This document shows positions 20,055 to 30,360 of a stretch of DNA of 64,000 bases, in pieces (position 1 is the stretch's first letter; every line of letters starts with the position of its first letter). Origin of the DNA: an uncultured delta proteobacterium (GTDB taxonomy: Bacteria > Myxococcota > Myxococcia > Myxococcales > Myxococcaceae); the NCBI GenBank assembly GCA_963776345.1, contig CAVZMH010000015.1, positions 96,001 through 160,000 on the forward strand, written 5' to 3'. The position numbers and the translations under genes are program-made. Under the pieces are notes generated by a model. That model ran no database searches, was not told where the DNA came from, and saw nothing but the letters and a program-made list of their open reading frames with translations.

Positions 20055-21410
20055 ATGCCCAGCGGCTTCTCCTGGAACGAGATCGGCGTCGACCCGGCCC
20101 GGGTCCGTATCATCCGGGACGCACCCCTCCGTGCCCGGGGCGAGTACGTCCTCTACTGGTGCATGGTGAACCAGCGCGTGCCCCACAACCACGCGCTCCA
20201 GGCGGCCATCGCCCTGGGGAACAGGCTCCGGCTCCCGGTCGTCTGCTACCACGCGCTCCGGCCGGACCACCCGCATGCGTCCGACCGCCTGCACGCCTTC
20301 GTGCTGCAGGGGCTGGACGAGCTCGGGGCGGCGATGCGGGCGCGCGGGGTGCCCTACTGGCTCGAGCTCCCCCGGACCTCGCGGGCGCACCTCCCCCGCC
20401 TGGGACGGCTCGGCCGGCGGGCGGCGGCGGTCGTCTCCGACTGGTTCCCCGCGTTCATCGTCCCCGGGCACCTCCGCGGGGCGGCCAGCGCGCTCGACGT
20501 CCCGCTGGTGGCGGTGGACGCCTCCTGCGTGGTCCCCATGCAGCGCATCCCCGAGCGGCAGGTGGGGGCCTACGCGCTCCGGCCAAAGCTGCGGAAGCTG
20601 TGGCCCGAGTACCTCGGCCAGCTCCCGGAGGGCCCCGAGCCCGCCCACGCCCGGGCCGCCGAGGCCGTCGACCTGGGCTTCACCCCCGAGCGGGCCCCCG
20701 GCCAGCTCCTGGGCCAGCTGGGCGCCTTCGACATCGACCACTCGGTGCCTCCGGTGACGAGCCGCCCGGGAGGGCGGACCGCCGCGCTCGACTCGCTCCG
20801 GACCTTCGTGAAGGAGCACCTCGCCCGGTTCGACGAGGCGCGGAACGAGCCCGGGCAGGGGGGACAGTCCGGCGTCTCCCCGGCCCTCCACTGGGGGCTG
20901 CTCTTCGCCGGGGAGGTGGCCCGGGCGTGCCTCGAGGCGCACGGGCCCGACCAGCCAGGGGTGAAGTCCTTCCTGGAGGAGCTGCTGGTCCGCCGCGAGC
21001 TGGGCTTCAACTACTGCCTCCACACCCCGGCGCACGCGCAGCTCCTCTTCGGTTCGCTGCCCCGCTGGGCCCAGGAGACGCTGAGCGCCCACGCCCGGGA
21101 CCGGCGCGAGCACCTCTACACGCTCGAGCAGCTCGACCGGGGCGAGACCGCCGACCCGCTGTGGAACGCCGCCCAGCGCGAGCTCCGCGAGGAGGGGCGC
21201 ATCCAGGGCTACCTCCGGATGCTGTGGGGGAAGAAGATCCTCGAGTGGAGCCCGACGCCGGACGAGGCGCTGGCCCGGCTCGCGCACCTCAACGACCGCT
21301 ACGCGCTCGACGGCCGGGACGCGGTCAGCGTGGCCAACTTCATGTGGGTCCTCGGTCTGCACGACCGGCCCTTCCAGGAACGGCCGGTCATCGGCAAGGT
21401 TCGCCCATGA
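20055..21410 (+). CDS. phr: Class II CPD photolyase; C-terminus apparently frameshifted (real end probably near 21541)
   Basis: [79 protein letters not shown]. Confidence 0.9.
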   Translation: MPSGFSWNEIGVDPARVRIIRDAPLRARGEYVLYWCMVNQRVPHNHALQAAIALGNRLRLPVVCYHALRPDHPHASDRLHAFVLQGLDELGAAMRARGVPYWLELPRTSRAHLPRLGRLGRRAAAVVSDWFPAFIVPGHLRGAASALDVPLVAVDASCVVPMQRIPERQVGAYALRPKLRKLWPEYLGQLPEGPEPAHARAAEAVDLGFTPERAPGQLLGQLGAFDIDHSVPPVTSRPGGRTAALDSLRTFVKEHLARFDEARNEPGQGGQSGVSPALHWGLLFAGEVARACLEAHGPDQPGVKSFLEELLVRRELGFNYCLHTPAHAQLLFGSLPRWAQETLSAHARDRREHLYTLEQLDRGETADPLWNAAQRELREEGRIQGYLRMLWGKKILEWSPTPDEALARLAHLNDRYALDGRDAVSVANFMWVLGLHDRPFQERPVIGKVRP

Positions 21411-21547
21411 GCTCGCTCCGGACCGCGGAGAAGGTCGACCTCGGGACCGTACCTGGCCCGCTACGGTGGACCGGACGCAGCCCGGGTGAAGCTCCCAAGA
21501 GACGAAGGCCCGCGCCGCCCGCTGGCTCGGAAGGAGTCTGAACGACG

Positions 21548-21859
21548 ATGGGCAAGATCGACTTCCAGGTACCGCACACCCTCTCCCTCGCCGAGGCGAA
21601 GAAGCGGATGGAGCGCCTCACCGTGTACTGGGCCAAGCACGGCGTCCAGTCCTCGTGGGCCGGGGACGTGGCGAAGCTGACCGGCAGGGTGATGGGCGTC
21701 CACCTCGAGGCGACGCTGCGGGTCACCGACAAGACCGTGGGCGGCCAGGCAACCGACCCGGGGCTCCTGCTCCGCGGGCAGGCGAAGAAGTACCTGACCC
21801 ACAAGTTCGAGACCTGGCTCGACCCGAAGCGGTCGCTCGAGGACCTCGAGAAGGCCTGA
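21548..21859 (+). CDS. Polyhydroxyalkanoic acid system family protein (PHA_gran_rgn-like)
   Basis: VPHTLSLAEAKKRME...YGV-type WAGD pattern; GGAG RBS upstream. Confidence 0.75.
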   Translation: MGKIDFQVPHTLSLAEAKKRMERLTVYWAKHGVQSSWAGDVAKLTGRVMGVHLEATLRVTDKTVGGQATDPGLLLRGQAKKYLTHKFETWLDPKRSLEDLEKA

Positions 21860-22005
21860 GCAGCGCAGCCTCGGGGGACCGGCCCGCAACCCGGGCGGGC
21901 GCCGTGTGTCTCCGGACATGACCTCGAGGCGGCACGGTTCGGTCGCTCCCGCTCGCTCGGGCCCCCGGTCCTCCCGTGCGGCGGCTTTGCGGTAGGGTCC
22001 GGCCG

Positions 22006-23481
22006 ATGCGTGACACCCGGATGAGCCTGGCCAGCTTCGAGCGACTCGCTGCCCGCGGGAACCTCGTGCCGGTGTGGCGCGAGCTCCCGGGGGACACCGA
22101 GACACCAGTCAGCGCCTTCCTCAAGCTGCCTACCCCCTCGCATGCCTTCCTGCTCGAGTCGGTGCAGGGCGGCGAGCGGTGGGGCCGCTACTCCTTCCTC
22201 GGCGACGAGCCCATCGCCCTGCTCCGCCAGGGCCCCGAGGGCACGATCCTCGAGCAGGCCGGGGGGCGCACCTTCGAGGACCAGCTCCCGCCACTGGACG
22301 CGCTCCGCGAGCTGCTCGACCCCTTCGAGTTCGTCCGACCCGACGGCGCCCCGCCCTTCGTCGGCGGGCTGGTGGGCTACCTCGGGCACGGGGCGGTGCG
22401 GTGGTTCGAGCCCCGGGTCCCGCAGCGGCACGGGCCGGACCCGGACTTCCCGGACGGCGAGTGGATGCTCGTCGACCGCTGCGCGGTGTTCGACAACCTG
22501 AGCCACCGGCTCCGCATCTGGGCCTCGGTACATCTGGCATTGCACGCGAGCGTCGAGGCCGCCTACCGCGCGGCGATGGCGCGGGCCGACGGGCTCGCCG
22601 AGGCGCTCCAGCGGCCGCTCCCGCCGCCCGGTCCGGTGCCGGAGCTCGGCGGCCTCGAGGACGGCTGGGAGCGCGCAGGGTTCGAGGCGGCGGTGGCGAG
22701 GGCGCGCGAGTACATCGCCGCGGGCGACTGCTACCAGGTTGTGCTCTCGCGCCGGCTCTCGGCCGACTACCAGGGCGACCCGTTCGAGCTCTACCGCGCG
22801 CTCCGCCGCGTCTCCCCCACCCCGTACCTCTTCTTCCTTCGCTTCGGCGAGCGGACCCTGGCCGGCGCCTCGCCCGAGCTGCTGGTCCGCCTCTCCGGGG
22901 AGACGGTCACCGTGCGGCCCATCGCCGGGACCCGGAGGCGCGGGGCGACGCCCGAGGAGGACGCGGCGCTCGAGGCCGAGCTCAGGGCGGATCCAAAGGA
23001 ATGCGCCGAGCACGTGATGCTGGTCGACCTCGGGCGCAACGACGTGGGCCGGGTCAGCCGCCCGGGCACGGTGAAGGTCGAGGAGCGCGAGGTCATCGAG
23101 CGTTACAGCCACGTGATGCACATGGTCAGCCAGGTCTCGGGCACGCTCGACCCGGGGCTCGACGCCTGGGACGTGATCGCCGCCGCCTTCCCCGCGGGCA
23201 CGGTCAGCGGCGCGCCCAAGGTGCGGGCGCTGGAGATCATCGACGAGCTGGAGCCCGTCTCGCGCGGCCCCTACGCCGGCGCCGCGGGCTACGTCGGCTT
23301 CGACGGCGACATGGACCTGGCCATCGTCATCCGCAGCGTGGCGCTCAGCGGCCGGCGGCTGCGCTTCCAGGCCGGGGCCGGCATCGTGCACGACAGCACG
23401 CCGGAGGCCGAGTACCAGGAGACGGCGCACAAGCTCCGCGCTGCCCTGGTGGCCATCGCCGGCGACGAGGCAGGCCAGTGA
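22006..23481 (+). CDS. trpE: Anthranilate synthase component I
   Basis: DTETPVSAF, FLLESVQGGERWGRYSF, YQVVLS, GASPELLV, PIAGTRRRG, EHVMLVDLGRND, FPAGTVSGAPK; start 22006 or 22021. Confidence 0.96.
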   Translation: MRDTRMSLASFERLAARGNLVPVWRELPGDTETPVSAFLKLPTPSHAFLLESVQGGERWGRYSFLGDEPIALLRQGPEGTILEQAGGRTFEDQLPPLDALRELLDPFEFVRPDGAPPFVGGLVGYLGHGAVRWFEPRVPQRHGPDPDFPDGEWMLVDRCAVFDNLSHRLRIWASVHLALHASVEAAYRAAMARADGLAEALQRPLPPPGPVPELGGLEDGWERAGFEAAVARAREYIAAGDCYQVVLSRRLSADYQGDPFELYRALRRVSPTPYLFFLRFGERTLAGASPELLVRLSGETVTVRPIAGTRRRGATPEEDAALEAELRADPKECAEHVMLVDLGRNDVGRVSRPGTVKVEEREVIERYSHVMHMVSQVSGTLDPGLDAWDVIAAAFPAGTVSGAPKVRALEIIDELEPVSRGPYAGAAGYVGFDGDMDLAIVIRSVALSGRRLRFQAGAGIVHDSTPEAEYQETAHKLRAALVAIAGDEAGQ

Positions 23482-24056
23482 TCCTCGTCGTCGACAACTA
23501 CGACTCGTTCACCTTCAACCTGGTCCAGGCGCTCCAGTCGCTCGGGGCGGAGGTGGAGGTGCACCGGAACGACGAGATCGCCGTCGAGGACGTCCGGGCG
23601 ATGAAGCCCGAGGCGGTGGTGCTCAGCCCCGGGCCCTGCACCCCGGCGGAGGCGGGCATCTCGGTCCCGCTGATCCAGGCGCTCAGCGGCTCGGTGCCCA
23701 TCCTGGGGGTCTGCCTCGGGCACCAGTCCATCGGCGCGGCGTTCGGGGGCGTCGTCCGTCGCGCGGGCCGGGTGGTGCACGGGAAGACCTCGCCCGTGTC
23801 GCACGAGGGAAGCGGACTGTTCTCCGGGCTGCCGCGACCGCTGCCGGTCGGCCGCTACCACTCGCTGGTGGTGGACCGCGCGACCCTCCCCGAGGTGCTG
23901 GAGGTCACCGCGGTCTCCACCGACGACGGCGAGGTGATGGCGCTGCGCCACCGCACGCATCCCACGGTCGGCGTGCAGTTCCATCCGGAGAGCGTGCTCA
24001 CCCCGGATGGTCCGGCCCTGCTCCGGAACTTCCTCCAGGGGCTGCTCGGGCCATGA
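23478..24056 (+). CDS. trpG: Anthranilate synthase component II (glutamine amidotransferase)
   Basis: VDNYDSFTFNL, LSPGP, GVCLGHQ, RYHSL, QFHPES. Confidence 0.96.
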   Translation: MILVVDNYDSFTFNLVQALQSLGAEVEVHRNDEIAVEDVRAMKPEAVVLSPGPCTPAEAGISVPLIQALSGSVPILGVCLGHQSIGAAFGGVVRRAGRVVHGKTSPVSHEGSGLFSGLPRPLPVGRYHSLVVDRATLPEVLEVTAVSTDDGEVMALRHRTHPTVGVQFHPESVLTPDGPALLRNFLQGLLGP

Positions 24057-25075
24057 AGGCCGTGCTCCAGAAGCTGGTGGACCGGGTGGACCTCACGCCG
24101 GAGGAGGTCGAGGGGGCGTTCGAGGCCATCTTCCAGGGGGAGGCCAGCCCGGCGCAGATGGGCGCCTTCCTGGTCGGCCTGCGGATGAAGGGCGAGACGC
24201 CGGCGGAGATCGCCGCGGCCGCGACCGTGATGCGCCGCCTGGCGACGCCGGTGCGGATCCCTCCCGGGCGCGTGGTGCTCGATACGTGTGGGACGGGGGG
24301 CGACGGCGCGGGCACCTTCAACATCTCGACCGCCGCGGCGCTGGTCGTCGCTGGCGCCGGAGTCACGGTGGCCAAGCACGGCAACCGGAGCGTCTCGTCC
24401 CGGAGCGGGAGCGCCGACCTCCTGAGCGCCTGCGGGGTCCAGGTGGACGCACCGGTGGAGATCGTGGAGCGCTGCCTGGCGGAGCTGCGGATCGGCTTCC
24501 TCTACGCGCCGGCGCTTCACGCGGCGATGCGGCACGTGGCCCCGGTGCGGCGGGAGGTGGGGGTGCGGAGCATCTTCAACCTGCTCGGGCCCCTGGCCAA
24601 CCCGGCGCGGGCGCCGCGGCAGCTGCTCGGGGTGTACGCGTCGTCGCTGGTCCCGGTGGTGGCCGAGACCCTGGCCCGGCTGGGGACGGAGCGCGCGCTC
24701 GTCGTCCACGGGCTGGAGGGGCTGGACGAGATCTCCCCCAGCGGGCCGACCCGCGCCGCGTGGGTCGAGGCGGGCCAGGTGCGCGAGGTCGTGCTCCGGC
24801 CCGAGGATGGAGGGCTGAAGCCGGTCCCGGTTGGCGCGATCCGGGGAGGCACGCCCGAGGAGAACGCCGGGCTCCTCTCGGGACTGCTCGACGGGCACGA
24901 CGGTCCCTTGCGGGACGCCGTGCTCCTCAACGCCGGCGCGGCCCTGTGGGTCGCCGACGCGGTGGAGACGCTGGCCGAGGGCGTGCTCCGGGCGGCGGAG
25001 AGCATCGACTCCGGGGCGGCGCGCACCCGGCTGGAGCGCCTGGTGGTCCTGACCCGGGCGGGCGTGACGGCGTGA
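24053..25075 (+). CDS. trpD: Anthranilate phosphoribosyltransferase
   Basis: DTCGTGGDGAGTFNIST, KHGNRSVSSRSGSAD, FNLLGPLANP, GLDEIS. Confidence 0.97.
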   Translation: MKAVLQKLVDRVDLTPEEVEGAFEAIFQGEASPAQMGAFLVGLRMKGETPAEIAAAATVMRRLATPVRIPPGRVVLDTCGTGGDGAGTFNISTAAALVVAGAGVTVAKHGNRSVSSRSGSADLLSACGVQVDAPVEIVERCLAELRIGFLYAPALHAAMRHVAPVRREVGVRSIFNLLGPLANPARAPRQLLGVYASSLVPVVAETLARLGTERALVVHGLEGLDEISPSGPTRAAWVEAGQVREVVLRPEDGGLKPVPVGAIRGGTPEENAGLLSGLLDGHDGPLRDAVLLNAGAALWVADAVETLAEGVLRAAESIDSGAARTRLERLVVLTRAGVTA

Positions 25076-25905
25076 GCTCCGGGAGTCCCGACGCGCGCGC
25101 CTGGCGGCCACCCCGCGGCGTGCTGGCCGAACTGGTGGCCGCCGCCCGGGAGGACTCCGCGCGGCGGATGCGAGACCGCCCACGGCTCCTCGCCGAGGTG
25201 GCCAGCCGGCCCCGGCGCGCGCCGCGCTTCGAGGCTGCGCTCCGCGGCGGCCCCGGCTTCCCGCTCGTCTGCGAGGTGAAGCAGGCCTCGCCCTCGGCCG
25301 GAGCCATCCGCGCGGTGGACGTCGCGTCGCAGGCCCGGGCCTACGTCGAGGGCGGCGCGCGGTGCGTGAGCGTGCTCACCGAGGAGCGGCGGTTCGGCGG
25401 ACGTCTCGACGACCTCCGCGCGGTGCGGGCGGCGGTGGACGCACCGCTCCTCCGGAAGGACTTCGTGGTCGAGCCGTACATGCTGGCCGAGGCGGTGGAC
25501 GCCGGGGCGGACGCGGTGCTGCTCATCGCCGGCGCGCTCGAGCCGGCGCGCCTCCGCGAGCTCTGGACCGCGGCAGGGGAGCTGGGGCTGGACGTGCTGC
25601 TCGAGGTGGTCCACCCCTTCGAGCTCGAGGCGCCGGACACGCTCGGGGCGACGCTGGTCGGGGTGAACGCGCGCGACCTCGAGACGCTCGAGGTGGACGC
25701 GGCCCGGTTCGAGCGGATCGCCCCGTCGCTCGGGCGGCCCGGCCGCATCCTGGTGGCCGAGAGCGGCATCGAGACGCCGGAGGACGTGCGACGGCTGGCC
25801 CGGGCGGGAGCCGGTGCGGCGCTGGTGGGCGAGAGCGTGATGCGGGCGGCGGATCCCGTCGCGGCGGTCCGCGCGCTGACGGAGGCGACGTGCGCACCCG
25901 GGTGA
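25072..25905 (+). CDS. trpC: Indole-3-glycerol phosphate synthase
   Basis: [41 protein letters not shown]. Confidence 0.95.
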   Translation: MSSGSPDARAWRPPRGVLAELVAAAREDSARRMRDRPRLLAEVASRPRRAPRFEAALRGGPGFPLVCEVKQASPSAGAIRAVDVASQARAYVEGGARCVSVLTEERRFGGRLDDLRAVRAAVDAPLLRKDFVVEPYMLAEAVDAGADAVLLIAGALEPARLRELWTAAGELGLDVLLEVVHPFELEAPDTLGATLVGVNARDLETLEVDAARFERIAPSLGRPGRILVAESGIETPEDVRRLARAGAGAALVGESVMRAADPVAAVRALTEATCAPG

Positions 25906-26507
25906 AGGTCTGCGGCATCACCCGGCTGGAGGACGCGCTGGCCTGCGTCGAGGCCGGGGTGGACGCAGTGGGGTTCAACTTCTGGCCGGGGAGCAAGCGG
26001 CACCTCCCCGTCGCCCGGGCGGCGGAGATCGCGGCCGCGCTGCCCGCCGGCGTGCTGCGGGTGGGCGTCTTCGTCCGCGCCGTGCCCGAGCAGGTCCGGG
26101 CGGTGGTGGCCGACGTCGGCCTGGGCGCGGTCCAGCTCCACGGGGACGAGGACCCGGCGGACTACGCCGGGGTGGGCGCGCCGCTGTGGCAGGTGCTGCG
26201 CATCGACTCGGCGCTGCCGGAGTCCGTCTCGGCGCAGGCGGCCGAGCTGCTGCTCGATGCGCGCGTGGATGGCTTCGGCGGCTCGGGGCGGAGCTTCGAC
26301 TGGTCGCTCGCGCACGGGGCCCGACGGTTCGGCGTGCCGTTCTGGGTCGCGGGTGGCCTGTCGCCGGGCAACGTGGGCGAGGCCGTGCGGCGGGCGGCGC
26401 CGGTGGGCGTGGACGTGGCCTCGGGCGTGGAGTCGAGCCCCGGGGTGAAGGACCCGGCCCTGGTGCGGGCCTTCGTGGCCGCGGTGCGCGCGGCGGAGGA
26501 GCGATGA
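25890..26507 (+). CDS. trpF: Phosphoribosylanthranilate isomerase
   Basis: [41 protein letters not shown]. Confidence 0.96.
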   Translation: MRTRVKVCGITRLEDALACVEAGVDAVGFNFWPGSKRHLPVARAAEIAAALPAGVLRVGVFVRAVPEQVRAVVADVGLGAVQLHGDEDPADYAGVGAPLWQVLRIDSALPESVSAQAAELLLDARVDGFGGSGRSFDWSLAHGARRFGVPFWVAGGLSPGNVGEAVRRAAPVGVDVASGVESSPGVKDPALVRAFVAAVRAAEER

Positions 26508-27721
26508 GTCCGGTGGAGCAGCAGCCAGGTCGGTTCGGTCGGTACGGCGGTCGCTACGTCCCGGAGACGCTCATCCCGGCGCTGGACGAGCTCGCCCGGG
26601 CCTGGGCCGAGGCGCAGGCCGACCCGGCGTACCGGGCCGTCGTCGCCGCGGACCTCCGTGACTGGGCCGGTCGCCCCACCCCGCTGACCTTCGCGGCGCG
26701 GCTGACCGAGTCCTTCGGCGGCGCCGAGGTGTGGCTCAAGCGCGAGGACCTGCTCCACACCGGCGCGCACAAGGTGAACAACACCGTGGGCCAGGTGCGG
26801 CTCGCGCTCCGGATGGGCAAGCGGCGGATCATCGCCGAGACCGGCGCCGGGCAGCACGGCGTGGCGACCGCGGCGTCCTGCGCCCGGGTGGGCCTGCCCT
26901 GCGAGGTGTTCATGGGCGCCGAGGACGTCCGCCGCCAGGCGCCCAACGTCCAGCGGATGCGGCTCTTCGGCGCCACGGTGCGCCCCGTCGAGAGCGCGAC
27001 CCGCACGCTCAAGGACGCGATGAACGAGGCGATCCGCGACTGGGTGACGAACGTGGAGACCACCTTCTACGTCATCGGGAGCGTGGCGGGACCGCACCCG
27101 TACCCGAGCCTGGTCCGCGACCTCCAGCGGGTCATCGGCGACGAGGCACGGGCGCAGTGGGCGGAGCGGCTCGGGGGGCTGCCGGACGCGGTGGTGGCCT
27201 GCGTCGGCGGAGGCTCGAACGCGATGGGAGCCTTCACCGCCTTCCTCGGCGACCCGTCCGTTCGGCTGGTGGCAGTGGAGGCCGGCGGAGAGGGCCTCGG
27301 CACCGGGAAGCACGGCGCCTCGCTCACCGCGGGCAAGTTCGGCGTGCTGCACGGGAGCGCCAGCTCGGTGCTCCAGACCGACGACGGGCAGGTGGCCGAG
27401 GCGCATTCGGTGAGCGCCGGGCTGGACTACCCGGGCGTCGGCCCCGAGCTCGCGTACCTGCACGACACCGGGCGGCTCGACGTCCGGACCGCGACCGACG
27501 ACGAGGCGCTCACCGCGCTCCAGGAATGCTGCCGGCTCGAGGGCATCCTGCCCGCGCTGGAGACCGCGCACGCGCTGGCCCGGGCGCGCGACGTGGCGCG
27601 CGAGCTCGGCCGCGGCAAGCGGCTGCTGATCAATCTCTCGGGCCGCGGGGACAAGGACCTGCTGCACGTGCTCGCCGAGATCGAGCGGCGCGCGCCCGGG
27701 GCACGGGCAGGCCCTCGATGA
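26504..27721 (+). CDS. trpB: Tryptophan synthase beta chain
   Basis: [64 protein letters not shown]. Confidence 0.98.
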   Translation: MSPVEQQPGRFGRYGGRYVPETLIPALDELARAWAEAQADPAYRAVVAADLRDWAGRPTPLTFAARLTESFGGAEVWLKREDLLHTGAHKVNNTVGQVRLALRMGKRRIIAETGAGQHGVATAASCARVGLPCEVFMGAEDVRRQAPNVQRMRLFGATVRPVESATRTLKDAMNEAIRDWVTNVETTFYVIGSVAGPHPYPSLVRDLQRVIGDEARAQWAERLGGLPDAVVACVGGGSNAMGAFTAFLGDPSVRLVAVEAGGEGLGTGKHGASLTAGKFGVLHGSASSVLQTDDGQVAEAHSVSAGLDYPGVGPELAYLHDTGRLDVRTATDDEALTALQECCRLEGILPALETAHALARARDVARELGRGKRLLINLSGRGDKDLLHVLAEIERRAPGARAGPR

Positions 27722-28542
27722 ACCGGCTCGAGCGCCACTTCCAGCAGGCCCGGGCCACCGGACGGAAGTCGCTGGTCGTCTACCTCTGCGCCGGAGATCC
27801 GGATCTGGCGGCCACCGAGCGGCTCGTCCCGGCGCTCGCGGAGGCCGGCGCGGACGTCATCGAGCTCGGGGTCCCCTTCTCCGACCCGCTCGCCGACGGT
27901 CCGACCATCCAGCTCGCCGCCCAGCGCGCCCTGCGCTCGGGAACGACGCTGCCCGGCATCCTCGACCTGGTGGGCCGGCTCCGCCGCCAGGGCTGCGAGG
28001 TCCCGCTGGTGCTGATGGGCTACATGAACCCCATCGTCCGGATGGGCGTGGACGCCTTCGTGTCCCGCTCGGCCGACCTCGGCGTGGACGGCTTCATCGT
28101 GCCCGACCTGCCGCTCGAGGAGGCGGACACGCTGGGCGACGCAGCGTCGGCGAGGGACCTCTCGCTGGTCCTGCTCGCGGCACCGACCACCCCACCCGAT
28201 CGACTCCGGACCATCGGGCGCCGGACGCGGGGGTTCCTGTACTTCGTGAGCGTCACCGGGGTGACCGGCGCCCGGACGACGCTGCCTGCCGACCTCCCCG
28301 CCCGGCTCGACGCGGTCCGCGCCGCCAGCGCCGCTCCGGTGGCCGTCGGCTTCGGGATCTCCGCCCCCGAGCAGGCCCGCGCCTTGGCCGAGCACGCCGA
28401 TGCAGTGGTGGTCGGGAGCGCGCTGGTCGCGGAGATCGCCCGGTCCGGCGGCCAGACCGACGGCCCGGTGGCGCTGGTGCGCGCGCTCGCCGAGGCCGTG
28501 CACTCGGTCCCTCCCGCCATGCTCAGTCCAGCACCTCGCTGA
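27718..28542 (+). CDS. trpA: Tryptophan synthase alpha chain
   Basis: [45 protein letters not shown]. Confidence 0.97.
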   Translation: MNRLERHFQQARATGRKSLVVYLCAGDPDLAATERLVPALAEAGADVIELGVPFSDPLADGPTIQLAAQRALRSGTTLPGILDLVGRLRRQGCEVPLVLMGYMNPIVRMGVDAFVSRSADLGVDGFIVPDLPLEEADTLGDAASARDLSLVLLAAPTTPPDRLRTIGRRTRGFLYFVSVTGVTGARTTLPADLPARLDAVRAASAAPVAVGFGISAPEQARALAEHADAVVVGSALVAEIARSGGQTDGPVALVRALAEAVHSVPPAMLSPAPR

Positions 28543-29389
28543 CCGCGGCGGCGAACCGCTCCGCCGCGCCGGGACTGGTCTCGAGGAACAGCGAGGGCTC
28601 CAGCAGCTCGAGCTCCATCAGCTCCAGCCGCCCGTCCCGAACCACTCCATCCACGCGGGCGTAGAGCGTCTGGTGGCCGGCGGCCTCCAGCGCCCGGGTC
28701 GCCGTGGCGATGGCCTCGGGCGGAGGCTCGGCGGCCTCTGCCACGCCGCCGAACTCCTCCTGCACCCGGAAGTCACCGGCCTCCGGACGCTTGAGCACCG
28801 CGTGGCTGTAGCGACCGCGGAAGAAGAGCAAGGACCATTCGCCACTCGCGACCAGCTCGGGGACGAAGGGCTGGACGAGACAGTCCATCGTCTCCACCTG
28901 CCGCGCGAACCGTGCGCCGTCCTCCTCGCGCTCCCGCGCGCGCCAGGTCTCGAACGCGCCTCCCGAGATGCTCGGCTTCACCACCGCCTCGCTCCAGCCC
29001 GCGTCGCGCAGCAGGGCCGCGAGGGCGACTCCGGAGCCCCGAGCGGCGTGCCGGGTGGGAACGATCGGGACGCCCCGGGCCTCGACCTCCAGCAGGTACT
29101 TCTTGTCGACGTTCCACCGGACGGTCTCCGGGCGGTTCCAGAGCGGGATGCCCCGTGTCTCGACCCCGTCCACCCAGGCCAGGAACTCCGGCAGCCGCAG
29201 GTGGTAGTCCCACGTCGAGCGGAGGACCAGCCCCTCCAGACCGTCCGGGACCGGCTCGGTCCATACCACCGGCACCGCCTCGAGCCCGCGCCCGGCAAGC
29301 GCAGGCAGCGCCATCCGGTCGTCCGCGGTCAGCGCGCGGTACGCCTCCGAGGTGACGAAGCCCAGTCGACGTCGCTCGCGTCCACGCAT
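28523..29389 (-). CDS. RimK/glutathione-synthetase-like ATP-grasp protein
   Basis: LRSTWDYH, WNVDKKYL, VVKPSISGGA, VQPFV, GEWSLLFF, DFRVQEEFGG, YARVDGV, LMELELLEPSLF. Confidence 0.88.
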   Translation of the reverse strand: MRGRERRRLGFVTSEAYRALTADDRMALPALAGRGLEAVPVVWTEPVPDGLEGLVLRSTWDYHLRLPEFLAWVDGVETRGIPLWNRPETVRWNVDKKYLLEVEARGVPIVPTRHAARGSGVALAALLRDAGWSEAVVKPSISGGAFETWRAREREEDGARFARQVETMDCLVQPFVPELVASGEWSLLFFRGRYSHAVLKRPEAGDFRVQEEFGGVAEAAEPPPEAIATATRALEAAGHQTLYARVDGVVRDGRLELMELELLEPSLFLETSPGAAERFAAAVSEVLD

Positions 29390-29460
29390 CGCCGGTCGCT
29401 CAGCGCCTCGCCTGCCTCGGACCCTGCCGATCAGTTCCGGGGCCGTCCGGCGCAGAGGGT

Positions 29461-30360
29461 TCAGCCACCCCGCTCTTCCCAGAAGACACCGAGCCCCTCC
29501 ACGCACCGCTCGAGCCAGCGGACACGCTCCGCGGTGAGGGCCTGCGCGTTGGCGCTCTCGACGTCCACCGTCCCCACCACCCCCCCCGGACCCGCGATGG
29601 GAAAGATGGCTTCCGCGCGCGTTCCCTCCAGGGTCCCCAGATGCCGGGCGTCGTCGCGCACGTCCTGGACGATGACCGGTCGGCCGCTCGCCACCGCGGC
29701 GCCGGTCAGACCCTCCGTCCGCCCGAAACGCGGGTGCGCCGGCGGTCCGGGGCCCGACCAGCCGCGCACCTCGACCTCGCTCGGGCCCACGTCGTAGAGG
29801 CCCACCCAGCGGAAGCGCCCCGAGCGACGGAGGATCTGCGCCAGCTCGCGCGCGACCACCTCGCGGTCGTCCGGATGGGCGAGCCGCTCCGCCAGCAGCG
29901 CCACGGTGCCCTCGGCGTCGCGCTCGGGCCCGGGGGCGATCTCCAGCAAGAGCTCGAGCGCCTCGAGGTAGGAGTCGAGCCCCCGCCCCGCGCAGAGCGC
30001 GGCCCGTACGTCGGCGAGGACGCTCACCCGCCGCCACGGCTCGCGCTTGCTCACGTCCGAGAGGTGAACCTCGATGCACGGCAGCGACACCGCGGCCACC
30101 GCGTCGCGGAGGGACCAGGCGTAGTGGGTCAGCGCGCCGGGATTGAACAGCACCCCGTCCGCCCAGCGCCGCTCGGCGTGGAGCCGGTCGATGAGCGCGC
30201 CCTCGTGGTTGCTCTGGAAGGTCCGGACCTCCGCGCCCAGGTGCCGGCCACGCTCGCCGATGCGCGCGTCGATCTCCTCCAGCGTCGCCCGCCCGTACAC
30301 CGCCGGCTCGCGCTCCCCGAGCAGGTTCAGGTTCGGGCCGTGGAGGACCAGCACCCTCAC
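29461..30360 (-). CDS. aroQ: Type II 3-dehydroquinate dehydratase fused to a C-terminal GAF domain
   Basis: LHGPNLNLLGEREPAVYG, FQSNHEGALID, NPGALTH, EVHLS; then in frame RWVGLY...GLTGAAVASGRPVIVQDVRDD...GTVDVES. Confidence 0.92.
   Translation of the reverse strand: MRVLVLHGPNLNLLGEREPAVYGRATLEEIDARIGERGRHLGAEVRTFQSNHEGALIDRLHAERRWADGVLFNPGALTHYAWSLRDAVAAVSLPCIEVHLSDVSKREPWRRVSVLADVRAALCAGRGLDSYLEALELLLEIAPGPERDAEGTVALLAERLAHPDDREVVARELAQILRRSGRFRWVGLYDVGPSEVEVRGWSGPGPPAHPRFGRTEGLTGAAVASGRPVIVQDVRDDARHLGTLEGTRAEAIFPIAGPGGVVGTVDVESANAQALTAERVRWLERCVEGLGVFWEERGG

Noticed and set aside
21860..22005. Possible trp attenuator or leader peptide upstream of trpE
   Set aside because: The short ORF starting at ATG 21918 has no Trp codons; no U-tailed terminator or T-box motif seen
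29461..29900. Calling the GAF domain msrC (free Met-R-sulfoxide reductase)
   Set aside because: The cysteine positions of the GVCG and HIAC motifs are occupied by Thr/Leu-type residues
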